Below are positions 1-8,051 of a stretch of DNA of 64,000 bases, piece by piece. Below the pieces are notes generated by a model, which was not told the origin of the DNA, did no database searches, and was given only the letters and a program-made list of their open reading frames with translations. Positions within the stretch are counted from its first letter, which is position 1. Every line of letters begins with the position of its first letter. This stretch comes from an uncultured Anaerolineaceae bacterium (GTDB lineage: Bacteria > Chloroflexota > Anaerolineae > Anaerolineales > UBA4823), in the NCBI GenBank assembly GCA_964629965.1, contig CAZVRZ010000001.1, positions 22,008 through 86,007 of the forward strand, written 5' to 3'. Position numbers and translations under genes: made by a program.

Positions 1-1607
1 TCTAGGCTGATGGTGAGGATTGTTGGGATGCGTTCCAATAGATCGAGTATGCGTTTTTTTTCTTCGCCTTTGAAATCCAGGTCGCCGGCATGGAAAATGG
101 TTTCTAGAAATTCGTTGTTGCGGGGCTCGAATGGCGCAGGCAATCGCATCAAAGCCAACTCGGCCTGCTCTACGCTGTCGACTACATCGGCATAAGGGCG
201 AACCGCCTCTGGTTTGAAGCCCTGGACGAATACTTTTGGTCGGCCTAGCAGCGGCAGGATCTTGGGGGACTCGCCGCTGTTTTTGAGCAGTACGATAGAT
301 TTGCGCTGAGCCAGGTCTCCCGCCTGGCGAAAATCATCCCGCCCGGCGATTTTCTCAGATGTTTCCACGTCCAGGTAGGGGTGATCGAACAACCCCAGCA
401 AGAATTTGTAATACAAGATACGGTGCACCGATTGGTCGATGCGGTCTTCGGAAACACGCTCGCTTTGCACCAACTCCACGATCACTTCCGGGCAAGCTTC
501 GCCGCCGAATTGATCTATTCCAGCCTCCAGCATTTTTAGGGCGCGTTCCGGGCGTGTCAGGTGTTCCACGCCCCAGGCTCTGGCTCGCATAACCACCTGT
601 CCATTCCATTCGGTATCACTGATCAAGCTCCAATCGCTGCACACCAGGCCGTCAAAACCATACTTCTGTCGCAGCAAGCCCGTGATCACTTCTTTATTGA
701 AGCCAAAGCCTACTTCTTCGATGGGCAGGCCAATCGGTTGGCCATAGTAAGGCATGATCATGGCAGTGCCGGCTCTAAAGGCGGCTTCAAAGGGAATCAG
801 GTGGTAATCGAAGTTGTTCCCGGGGTAGACCTGCTCTTTGCCATATGCAAAATGTGCATCTTCGCCGTTCATCTGCGGTCCACCACCGGGAAAGTGCTTG
901 GTCATGCAGGCCACGCTGTGCTCTCCCAGTGTTTCACCCTGGAAGCCACGGATGTAAGCTGCGGTCAGGCGCGCCGATAATTCTGCATCTTCGCCAAAGG
1001 TGCCATTGATGCGCGCCCAGCGTGGTTCGGTTGCCAGATCGGCCATGGGATGCAGAGCGACGCGGATGCCAATCGCCAGGTATTCCTGCCGGGCGATATT
1101 GCCAAATTCCTGCACCAGGGCTTCATCCCGGGTGGCGGCTAACCCAATCGGCTCGGGCCATTGCGAGAAGAAAGGTGTCGTTGTAGCCACGGCAGGGTTA
1201 TCGGTGAAAGCATGGCGCGGATCAGTAGAAAGGGTTATTGGAATGCCCAGGCGGGTGCTTTCGGCCAGCTTTTGCAACCGGTTATACCACTCAACGGTTT
1301 GGCGAATGCCGTGAACCCACAGGATGTTGAAATGATTCATATTTCGCCTGGCTACCATCTCCATGGCGGTGGGCATGGGGAATGCCGGGTCGGTGATGTC
1401 CAGCTCTCCATCCGGACCGATGCCAAGCATGGTGTGGAACATCGTTCCGGCTTTTTCTTCGAGAGTCATCTGCGCTAACAAGTCTTCGACGCGCTCTGCA
1501 ATGGATCGGCGATAGTCTTCGTAGGGATCGAGGCGACCATTTTTGTTCAAGTCACGATATGAAAAGCCGTTTTCGGTCAAGATAGGCGCTTCTGAAGATG
1601 TGCTCAT
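1..1607 (-). CDS. glycoside hydrolase family 3 (beta-glucosidase-like), N-terminal ~535 aa; 3' end runs off the window start
   Basis: Absent from the ORF track because no stop lies inside the window. My minus-strand translation from ATG 1607..1605 (AGGAG about 10 nt upstream) reads MSTSSEAPILTENGFSYRDLNKNGRLDPYEDYRRSIAERVEDLLAQMTLEEKAGTMFH... and stays open to base 1 (ending ...KRILDLLERIPTILTISL). GH3 hallmarks are MTKHFPGGGPQ and GFDGLVCSDWS. The + strand ORFs listed for 10..1752 are shadow frames. Confidence 0.85.
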   Translation of the reverse strand, partial: MSTSSEAPILTENGFSYRDLNKNGRLDPYEDYRRSIAERVEDLLAQMTLEEKAGTMFHTMLGIGPDGELDITDPAFPMPTAMEMVARRNMNHFNILWVHGIRQTVEWYNRLQKLAESTRLGIPITLSTDPRHAFTDNPAVATTTPFFSQWPEPIGLAATRDEALVQEFGNIARQEYLAIGIRVALHPMADLATEPRWARINGTFGEDAELSARLTAAYIRGFQGETLGEHSVACMTKHFPGGGPQMNGEDAHFAYGKEQVYPGNNFDYHLIPFEAAFRAGTAMIMPYYGQPIGLPIEEVGFGFNKEVITGLLRQKYGFDGLVCSDWSLISDTEWNGQVVMRARAWGVEHLTRPERALKMLEAGIDQFGGEACPEVIVELVQSERVSEDRIDQSVHRILYYKFLLGLFDHPYLDVETSEKIAGRDDFRQAGDLAQRKSIVLLKNSGESPKILPLLGRPKVFVQGFKPEAVRPYADVVDSVEQAELALMRLPAPFEPRNNEFLETIFHAGDLDFKGEEKKRILDLLERIPTILTISL

Positions 1608-1703
1608 AGCTCTTATTCTCCTAAAGGATTGTTCGCATTCGTCTAATGTTCATGATTGCAACTGGGCAGGCTGCTTTTCGCGGTGCAGCCCTCCCCGCTC
1701 TGA

Positions 1704-3557
1704 TTATGGTATTGGCTCAGGCAGCGCCTGGCCTTTGAATTGGCTCATATAAAGTTTATGATAGAAGCCTTTTTGCGTCAACAGGCTTTGATGATTGCCG
1801 CGCTCAATGATCTCTCCATCGTCGATCACCAGCACCTGGTCGGCGTCGCGGATGGTTGAAAGGCGGTGGGCGATCACGAAGCTGGTACGATCTTTCAATA
1901 GATTTAGCAAGGCTTCTTGCAGGTGTTTTTCGGTGCGAGTATCTACGTTGCTGGTGGCTTCATCAAGGATCAAGATATCCGGGTCGGCCAATATAGCGCG
2001 GGCAATAGCCAACAATTGTCGCTGCCCCTGGCTTAAGTTTGAGCCGCGCTCGGTTAACAAGGTTTGGTAGCCTTGCGGCAGGCGGTGGATGAACAAGTCG
2101 GCGTTGGCTAGTTGGGCAGCAGTTTTAACCTCGGCGTCGGTGGCTTCCAGTCGGCCGTAGCGTATGTTTTCCATGACCGTGCCGGTGAATAGGAAGTTGT
2201 CTTGCAATACCAAACCAAGCTTGCGTCTCAGGTCGTCCTTCTTTATCGAGTGCACATCCATGCCATCGATGCATATCGAACCGCTTTCCACATCATAGAA
2301 GCGCGTCAGCAGGTTGGCTATTGTGGTCTTTCCGGCGCCGGTAGGCCCAACGAGTGCCACCATCTGACCGGGTTCGGCTTGCAGGCTGACATTTTTCAAA
2401 ACGGGCACCCCAGGCTGGTAACTGAAATTTATGTCTTTCAGGCTTACCTGGCCGCGGATGTGTTCTAAGGGTTGGGCGTCTGGCGCATCGCTTTCTGACG
2501 TTTCATCCATGAGCTCAAAGACGCGTTCTGCGCCAGCTAACGCCGATTGGATGGAGTTGAACAATTGAGCGATCATGTTAAGCGGCCGGCTCAGCCTACC
2601 GGCATAGTTCACAAAGGCGGCAATTTCTCCCACGGTCGCTAATCCCATCACGGCCAGCAGGCCGCCCGAACAGGCTACCACTGCCAGTCCCAGGTTGTTG
2701 ACCATATTCATAAGCGGTCCCATGAAACTGGCTAAGATGCGGGCGCGCAGGCTCACTTTTTTCAAGCGTTGGTTTATCCCTGCGAAACTTTGCACAGCCA
2801 TCTGTTCGCGAACGAAGGCCTTTACGGTACGTTCGCCTGTGATCGTCTCTTCGATCATGCCATTCAACTCTCCCAAGGTTTGCTGCGTTTGGCGGAATCC
2901 CAGGCGTGTGCGTTTGGCAATGGCTCGGGTGATCAGATACGTAAGGGGCATAACGACCAAGCTGACCAATGCCAGCGGCACGTTGAGAATGAACATCACA
3001 ATGATCACCCCCACCAGACTGAGCACATTCGAGAGAAATTGGCTGAAGCTGCTTGCCAGGATGTTGGATATGTTTTCGACATCATTGGTCAAGCGGCTCA
3101 TGATATCTCCGTGAGAGCGCTGATCGAAGAAACTTACAGGGAAAGTTTGCAGTCGAGAGAAGAGATCGGCACGGATGTCGCGCACGGCGTGTTGGGCTAC
3201 TCCTACCAGCACGTAATTCTGCAGCCACGTTCCCGCTGCAGCGAGAAGATAAGCTATCAGCATCAATGTGAGTAGGCGCGCTAAACCGGGAAGATCATCG
3301 CTTCCGATGTAAGTATCGATGGCTTTGCTCATCAGGAAGGGACCAAGCAGGTCAAGCAGCGAGGTGACCACGACCAATAGCGCAGCAAAGATCAACACCA
3401 TTCCCTGGCGTTGCAGGTATCTCCACAAGCGCAGCAGCACACTGTGCGCATTTTTGGATTTTTCGGTTTCTCGCAACAATCCCATGGGTCCACCGCCAGG
3501 GCGAAAGCCCAGGACGGGAGCCTGCGTAGTGGTTTTCTTAGATTGCGGCGCGTTCAT
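1704..3557 (-). CDS. ABC exporter, fused permease/ATPase half-transporter (MsbA/multidrug type)
   Basis: 617 aa with an N-terminal 6-TM domain. Walker A GPTGAGKTT, signature LSQGQRQ, Walker B ILILDEATS. 4-bp ATGA overlap with the upstream partner gene. Confidence 0.9.
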   Translation of the reverse strand: MNAPQSKKTTTQAPVLGFRPGGGPMGLLRETEKSKNAHSVLLRLWRYLQRQGMVLIFAALLVVVTSLLDLLGPFLMSKAIDTYIGSDDLPGLARLLTLMLIAYLLAAAGTWLQNYVLVGVAQHAVRDIRADLFSRLQTFPVSFFDQRSHGDIMSRLTNDVENISNILASSFSQFLSNVLSLVGVIIVMFILNVPLALVSLVVMPLTYLITRAIAKRTRLGFRQTQQTLGELNGMIEETITGERTVKAFVREQMAVQSFAGINQRLKKVSLRARILASFMGPLMNMVNNLGLAVVACSGGLLAVMGLATVGEIAAFVNYAGRLSRPLNMIAQLFNSIQSALAGAERVFELMDETSESDAPDAQPLEHIRGQVSLKDINFSYQPGVPVLKNVSLQAEPGQMVALVGPTGAGKTTIANLLTRFYDVESGSICIDGMDVHSIKKDDLRRKLGLVLQDNFLFTGTVMENIRYGRLEATDAEVKTAAQLANADLFIHRLPQGYQTLLTERGSNLSQGQRQLLAIARAILADPDILILDEATSNVDTRTEKHLQEALLNLLKDRTSFVIAHRLSTIRDADQVLVIDDGEIIERGNHQSLLTQKGFYHKLYMSQFKGQALPEPIP

Positions 3558-5314
3558 GCTGTGACTGCTCCAGTTCCTAATTGGGAATCGTAAATCTCGC
3601 GATAGATAGGGCTGCTAGTCATCAATTCGCCATGGGTGCCTTGTGCGGCCACCCGGCCATCATCCAGTACGATGATCTTATCTGCATTGAGCACTGTGCT
3701 GATGCGTTGGGCGATCACCAGGCTGGTGCGTTGCTGCATGATCGTTTCTAATGTTTCCTGGATCTTGCTTTCGGTTTCTACATCCACGGCGCTGGTGCTG
3801 TCATCCAGAATCAGGATCGATGGTTTTACCAGCAATGCCCGGGCGATGGCGATGCGCTGTTTTTGCCCGCCAGATAAATTGATGCCGTGCTGTCCCAGTT
3901 CGGTATCATAGCCGTCTGGAAAAGCAAGGATAAAATCATGGGCTTGGGCCGCCTTGGCTGCCGCGATCACTTCTTCGTCCGAAGCATCCGGTTGCCCGTA
4001 ACGGATATTATCGCGGATCGTGCCGCTGAACAGCACTACTTCTTGCAATGCAATCCCGATCTGGCGGCGCAATGTTTTCTGATCTATGTCGCGTACGTCA
4101 ATACCGTCGATGGTTACCCGGCCTGAGTTGACATCATAAAAACGGGGGATGAGATGTACCAGGCTGGTCTTTCCGGCGCCTGTCGCCCCCAGGATGGCTA
4201 TTGTCTGCCCTGGCTCAGCGGTGAATGAGACGCCTTTGAGTACGTTAACCTCATTAGACTTAAAACGGCTGCCATTGCCATAGTAACTAAAGGCCACATT
4301 TTCAAAAGCTATCTTGCCTTGTAAAGATAGGTCTCGGCGAGCTTCCTCTCGTTCCAGTACCTTAGGCTGGCTGTCTAGCACCTCCTGGATGCGTTTGGCG
4401 GATGCTTCGGCGCGCGCTAACTGCATGATCAACTGGCTGACCATCATCAATGCAAATAAAGTGGTTGTCAGGTAATTGACAAAAGCAATGATTTGACCGA
4501 TCTGCATACCGTCGCGAGTGACCTCTATGCCGCCGAACCACAAAACACCGATGATTCCCAGGTTCATTGTCATCATCATAAACGATGGCATGATCGCCAC
4601 TGTGCGGCCGGCGTGCGTCGTTTTGTCGGTTAAAGATTGGTTCACCTGGCCGAAACGAGCAATTTCATGGCAGGCGCGCACAAAAGCTTTAACTACTCTG
4701 ACGCCGGCCAGGTTCTCCTGCATCACCTCATTGAGATGATCCAGGCACTCTTGCACCTGGGTGAAAAGTGGCGTGGCCTTTTTGACGATCAAGATCACTG
4801 CCGCCAGCTCGATGGGCATCAATACTAACGGCAAAAATGCCAGCTGTGGGCTGGTGATGATTGCCATGACCAGGCTGCCTACCAGCAAAAGCGGCGAACG
4901 TACCAGGATGCGTACGATCATGACGATAGCATCTTGTACTTGGGTAACATCATTGGTCAGGCGAGTGATCAACTGCCCTGTTTCCAGTTGATCCAGGTTA
5001 GCAAAGGAGAGTGACTGTACCTTGGCAAAAAGATGCTCGCGCAGATCTGCGCCAAAGCCCTGGGCGGCCAACTCAGCAAAAATTCCATTGCTCATTCCCC
5101 CAAATGCGCCAATAACTGCCAGGAGTATCATCAACAAGCCGGTCTGGATGACGATATTCATATCCATACGAGCTATACCCTCGTCAACTATTCGTTGTAC
5201 CATACGTGGCTGCATCAGATCCATTGTCACTTCCAGGATCATCAGAAATGGGGCGATGGCAGCCCAGTGCCAATATGGTTTCAAAAACTTTATTAACTTC
5301 AATCCTGCACTCAT
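3554..5314 (-). CDS. ABC exporter, fused permease/ATPase half-transporter (heterodimer partner)
   Basis: 586 aa with a TM domain. Walker A GATGAGKTS, signature LSGGQKQR, Walker B ILILDDSTSAVD. Translationally coupled to 1704..3557. Confidence 0.9.
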   Translation of the reverse strand: MSAGLKLIKFLKPYWHWAAIAPFLMILEVTMDLMQPRMVQRIVDEGIARMDMNIVIQTGLLMILLAVIGAFGGMSNGIFAELAAQGFGADLREHLFAKVQSLSFANLDQLETGQLITRLTNDVTQVQDAIVMIVRILVRSPLLLVGSLVMAIITSPQLAFLPLVLMPIELAAVILIVKKATPLFTQVQECLDHLNEVMQENLAGVRVVKAFVRACHEIARFGQVNQSLTDKTTHAGRTVAIMPSFMMMTMNLGIIGVLWFGGIEVTRDGMQIGQIIAFVNYLTTTLFALMMVSQLIMQLARAEASAKRIQEVLDSQPKVLEREEARRDLSLQGKIAFENVAFSYYGNGSRFKSNEVNVLKGVSFTAEPGQTIAILGATGAGKTSLVHLIPRFYDVNSGRVTIDGIDVRDIDQKTLRRQIGIALQEVVLFSGTIRDNIRYGQPDASDEEVIAAAKAAQAHDFILAFPDGYDTELGQHGINLSGGQKQRIAIARALLVKPSILILDDSTSAVDVETESKIQETLETIMQQRTSLVIAQRISTVLNADKIIVLDDGRVAAQGTHGELMTSSPIYREIYDSQLGTGAVTA

Positions 5315-5361
5315 AAATGATTACCTCTAAACGTTGTCAAGTCGGCTGAAGAGAACTTCTA

Positions 5362-5829
5362 TTATTTCCACAACTCTTCGCCGGTTGCTTGTCGTAAATT
5401 TTCGCGTAACTGATCCAGAAAACGGCGTAGTGATAGGCGTTCTTCCGCTGTAAAGTGTGCGAAGGTTTCGGCTTCCATTTGCTTCCAGATATCCTCTACC
5501 TGGCTCTGTATTAGGCGTCCGGCTTCTGTCAGGTAGACGCGCGAAACGCGCTGATCCATCTCATCTTGTCTACGTTGAATAAACCCTGATTTTTCCATGC
5601 GTTGCAGCATTTTGGTGATGGTGGCAGGTTTTATCCCTAGCAGCGCGGCCAATTCTTTGTGAGTCAGGCCTTCTTGTTTCCACAACGCATGTAGGACTGG
5701 AGGTTGACCGCGGTAAAGCCCGATGGCCTCCAGGAGTTGGTGCGCTCGGATGTGATGGAGATGACAAATATTTGCCAGTAAGAAATCCATGGACTGAGGT
5801 GGTTCTAATTTATGCATAGGATCATTCAC
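5362..5829 (-). CDS. MarR family transcriptional regulator
   Basis: 155 aa. Winged-HTH region LTHKELAALLGIKPATITKMLQRMEKSGFIQRRQDEMDQRVSRVYLTEAG. First gene of the marR-ABC-ABC operon. The start is GTG 5829 or ATG 5817. Confidence 0.85.
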   Translation of the reverse strand: MNDPMHKLEPPQSMDFLLANICHLHHIRAHQLLEAIGLYRGQPPVLHALWKQEGLTHKELAALLGIKPATITKMLQRMEKSGFIQRRQDEMDQRVSRVYLTEAGRLIQSQVEDIWKQMEAETFAHFTAEERLSLRRFLDQLRENLRQATGEELWK

Positions 5830-5839
5830 GAAAATAAGT

Positions 5840-5873
5840 ATAATTAGCCGGCTAATTATTAGCCGGCTAATTA
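5840..5873. promoter_or_regulatory. tandem palindromic operator (probable MarR site)
   Basis: ATAATTAGCCGGCTAATTAT at 5840..5859 is a perfect 20-bp palindrome. ATTAGCCGGCTAAT at 5858..5871 is a perfect 14-bp palindrome. The 16-mer ATTAGCCGGCTAATTA occurs twice (5843..5858 and 5858..5873), giving a 15-bp period. The site lies 11-44 bp upstream of the marR start. Confidence 0.6.
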
Positions 5874-6048
5874 TAGCACTGTGATCTTCTATGTCAAGGC
5901 TGAGCGGCAGATCTTTCTATCGCGCTTTTGATCGATTTCATGTGAAATAATGGTTTTAAGATAGAATAAGAAAGATGGTACTTATGATTGACCCAATAAG
6001 AATGCCTTCAAATATTTCGGCCAATTAGCAGAGATTCCCGATGGCGAG

Positions 6049-6933
6049 GTGTTTATGACCGATATGATTTCTCAAGATAAGCGTATAGCCAGGCTTTATG
6101 AAGGTGTTCCCGAGGAGCGGCTTGAGCGTTTTATCGCTTTTCGCCAGCGCTATCCATATCAAACGATCACTGTGCAAGAGATTCCCTGGCAGGTGATCGA
6201 TACCCGGGTTGGTGAACAGGTACTATTCTTGCCTGCTTCGGGTACAGGAGTGGCGGAGGTCAGTTGGGAGACGATCGAGCACCTGGCGCAGACATATCGG
6301 GTAGTAGCAGTTGATTACCCGGCAGTGGATTCATTGTCCAGGTTGTTCGAAGGCTTGATAGGCGTTTTCGATCATCTGGGTATCGGGCAATTCGCCGCGC
6401 TGGGAGGTTCGGGTGGGGCATTGTTTTTGCAGCCTTTTTTACGTGCCTATCCTGAGCGCATCAGCAAAATGATATTGGCAACGCCGGTGCCTCCGGACCC
6501 TGCTCGCGGCCAGCGTACAGCAAAATTGCTGCGTTGGCTGCGAGTGATGCCAACGTTTGTTATCCGCGCCTTACTGGCTCAATCTTTCGAGCGTTTGGGT
6601 GCTGGCGACGAGAACCTGGAACTGGTCATGGCAATTACGCGCGAAGTGGTCATGTATCGACTGAAGCGGAAAAATTTCATGTCGATTTTCTCCTATGTGG
6701 TGGATATGACTGGAGAGTATAAATATTCTCCAGATGATTTAAAAAACTGGTCCGGAAAGCTGCTTTTGATCTACGGCGTCGATGATTCTTCTACTCCGGA
6801 AGATGTACGTGCTCAGATGCAAGCCCTCTACCCGCAGGCGCAGGTCGAGTTGATTGAAGGGGGTGGGCATGGTATTGCCTTGTCGCACCAGGAAGAATAT
6901 TTCGCTGCGATCGATGCTTTTCTGGCAGAATGA
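6049..6933 (+). CDS. alpha/beta hydrolase fold protein
   Basis: 294 aa. Nucleophile-elbow-like LGGSGGA and a C-terminal GGGHG His region. Start is GTG 6049; ATG 6055 or 6064 are alternatives. Confidence 0.7.
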   Translation: MFMTDMISQDKRIARLYEGVPEERLERFIAFRQRYPYQTITVQEIPWQVIDTRVGEQVLFLPASGTGVAEVSWETIEHLAQTYRVVAVDYPAVDSLSRLFEGLIGVFDHLGIGQFAALGGSGGALFLQPFLRAYPERISKMILATPVPPDPARGQRTAKLLRWLRVMPTFVIRALLAQSFERLGAGDENLELVMAITREVVMYRLKRKNFMSIFSYVVDMTGEYKYSPDDLKNWSGKLLLIYGVDDSSTPEDVRAQMQALYPQAQVELIEGGGHGIALSHQEEYFAAIDAFLAE

Positions 6934-6962
6934 GAAAGAAAGTTTCAAATTAAAGGTGGTGT

Positions 6963-8006
6963 ATGGATTTTCCTCAGTCCTTTTCTTTTACCCTGACCAA
7001 TCGCTGTAATTTGCGCTGCCGGATGTGTGGGCAGTGGAGCGAAGAAGGCTACATGCACGGGCGTGCTGCTCAGATCAAAAATAGTGAGATGGATGTGGCG
7101 GACTGGAAACGATTGGTTGATGAGGCGGCCTCTCACGGCGCCAGGGTTATCTTGCTGCGTGGCGGCGAGACTTTTCTTTTCCCCGGTATCATGGAATTGA
7201 TCGAGTATATTCGCAGCAAGGATATTTTTACCTCGATTGATACCAATGGAATCTTGCTCGAGGATGTCGCCGAAGACCTTCTTCGTATTGGCAATATTCA
7301 CATTACCGTTTCGGTCGATGGGCCCGAGGCTATCCATGATGAAGTGCGCGGCGTAACTGGTTGCTTCCAACGTATGCGCGCAAGCCTTGAGAAGCTGCAT
7401 AACCTGGATCGCAGCACCGGGCGAAAGATCAGTCAATCCATCTGTTTCACCATCAGTCGTTATTCCTATCGAGGCCTGGGGGAGATGCCTGCAGTGGCGC
7501 GCAGCCTGGGAATGGATTCAATATCGATTGTCCCATATTATTACTTCCCCACTGTGGTAGGCCAGCGTTATGCAGATGAATTAAAAATACATTTTAACTG
7601 CCCAGCTTACTCTTGGCAGGGCTTTCACCACGAAGATTCGGGTGTAGATGGCGATGAGTTTGCTCGTCAATTGCAACAATACCTGGCTACACTGGGGAAT
7701 CTTACTAATTACCCTTACATGGCATTGAGTGAAGCCGAGTACCGTTTGTGGTTTGGCGATCCTCTATCGCCGGTGGGTCCCCAACATTGTTCGAATGTCG
7801 AGCGCTTGATTGATATTCAACCCGATGGGCGTGCCAACTTCTGCGTTGATTTTCCTGACTACTCTTTTGGTAACGTTCGTACAGCCAGCATCGAGGAAAT
7901 GTGGAACAGCGAAGCAGCCCGGCGATTCCGGGAATACCGCCGCCGCCAGCCATTGGCAGTATGTTATCGTTGTGGTGCGAAATATATGTCCGCATTGCCT
8001 GCATAA
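6963..8006 (+). CDS. radical SAM protein with SPASM/twitch-like C-terminal Cys domain
   Basis: 347 aa. CX3CX2C in LTNRCNLRCRMCGQW; GGETFL; IDTNG; ITVSVDGPEAIHDEVRG. C-terminal Cys residues in CSNVE..FCVDFP..VCYRCG. SD AGGTGG sits upstream, 29 nt after the hydrolase stop. Confidence 0.8.
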   Translation: MDFPQSFSFTLTNRCNLRCRMCGQWSEEGYMHGRAAQIKNSEMDVADWKRLVDEAASHGARVILLRGGETFLFPGIMELIEYIRSKDIFTSIDTNGILLEDVAEDLLRIGNIHITVSVDGPEAIHDEVRGVTGCFQRMRASLEKLHNLDRSTGRKISQSICFTISRYSYRGLGEMPAVARSLGMDSISIVPYYYFPTVVGQRYADELKIHFNCPAYSWQGFHHEDSGVDGDEFARQLQQYLATLGNLTNYPYMALSEAEYRLWFGDPLSPVGPQHCSNVERLIDIQPDGRANFCVDFPDYSFGNVRTASIEEMWNSEAARRFREYRRRQPLAVCYRCGAKYMSALPA

Positions 8007-8051
8007 AAGTTGATGCTTAACCAGGCAAGACTAAGGTTAAACGAACTGGTT

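Noticed and set aside
10-1752. Ten + strand ORFs (61-139 aa) listed across 10..1752
   Set aside because: They overlap a continuous minus-strand GH3 reading frame with clear family motifs. Their sequences are low-complexity and Arg/Ser/Cys-rich, and none has an SD.
5892-5951. 19-codon ORF (MSRLSGRSFYRAFDRFHVK) as a possible precursor peptide for the radical SAM enzyme
   Set aside because: It has no SD, lacks the Cys/Ser/Thr-rich core typical of SPASM substrates, and sits within the presumed promoter region.
6945-7436. 163-aa minus-strand ORF
   Set aside because: It is antisense to the radical SAM gene, whose CX3CX2C and downstream motifs fix the coding strand.
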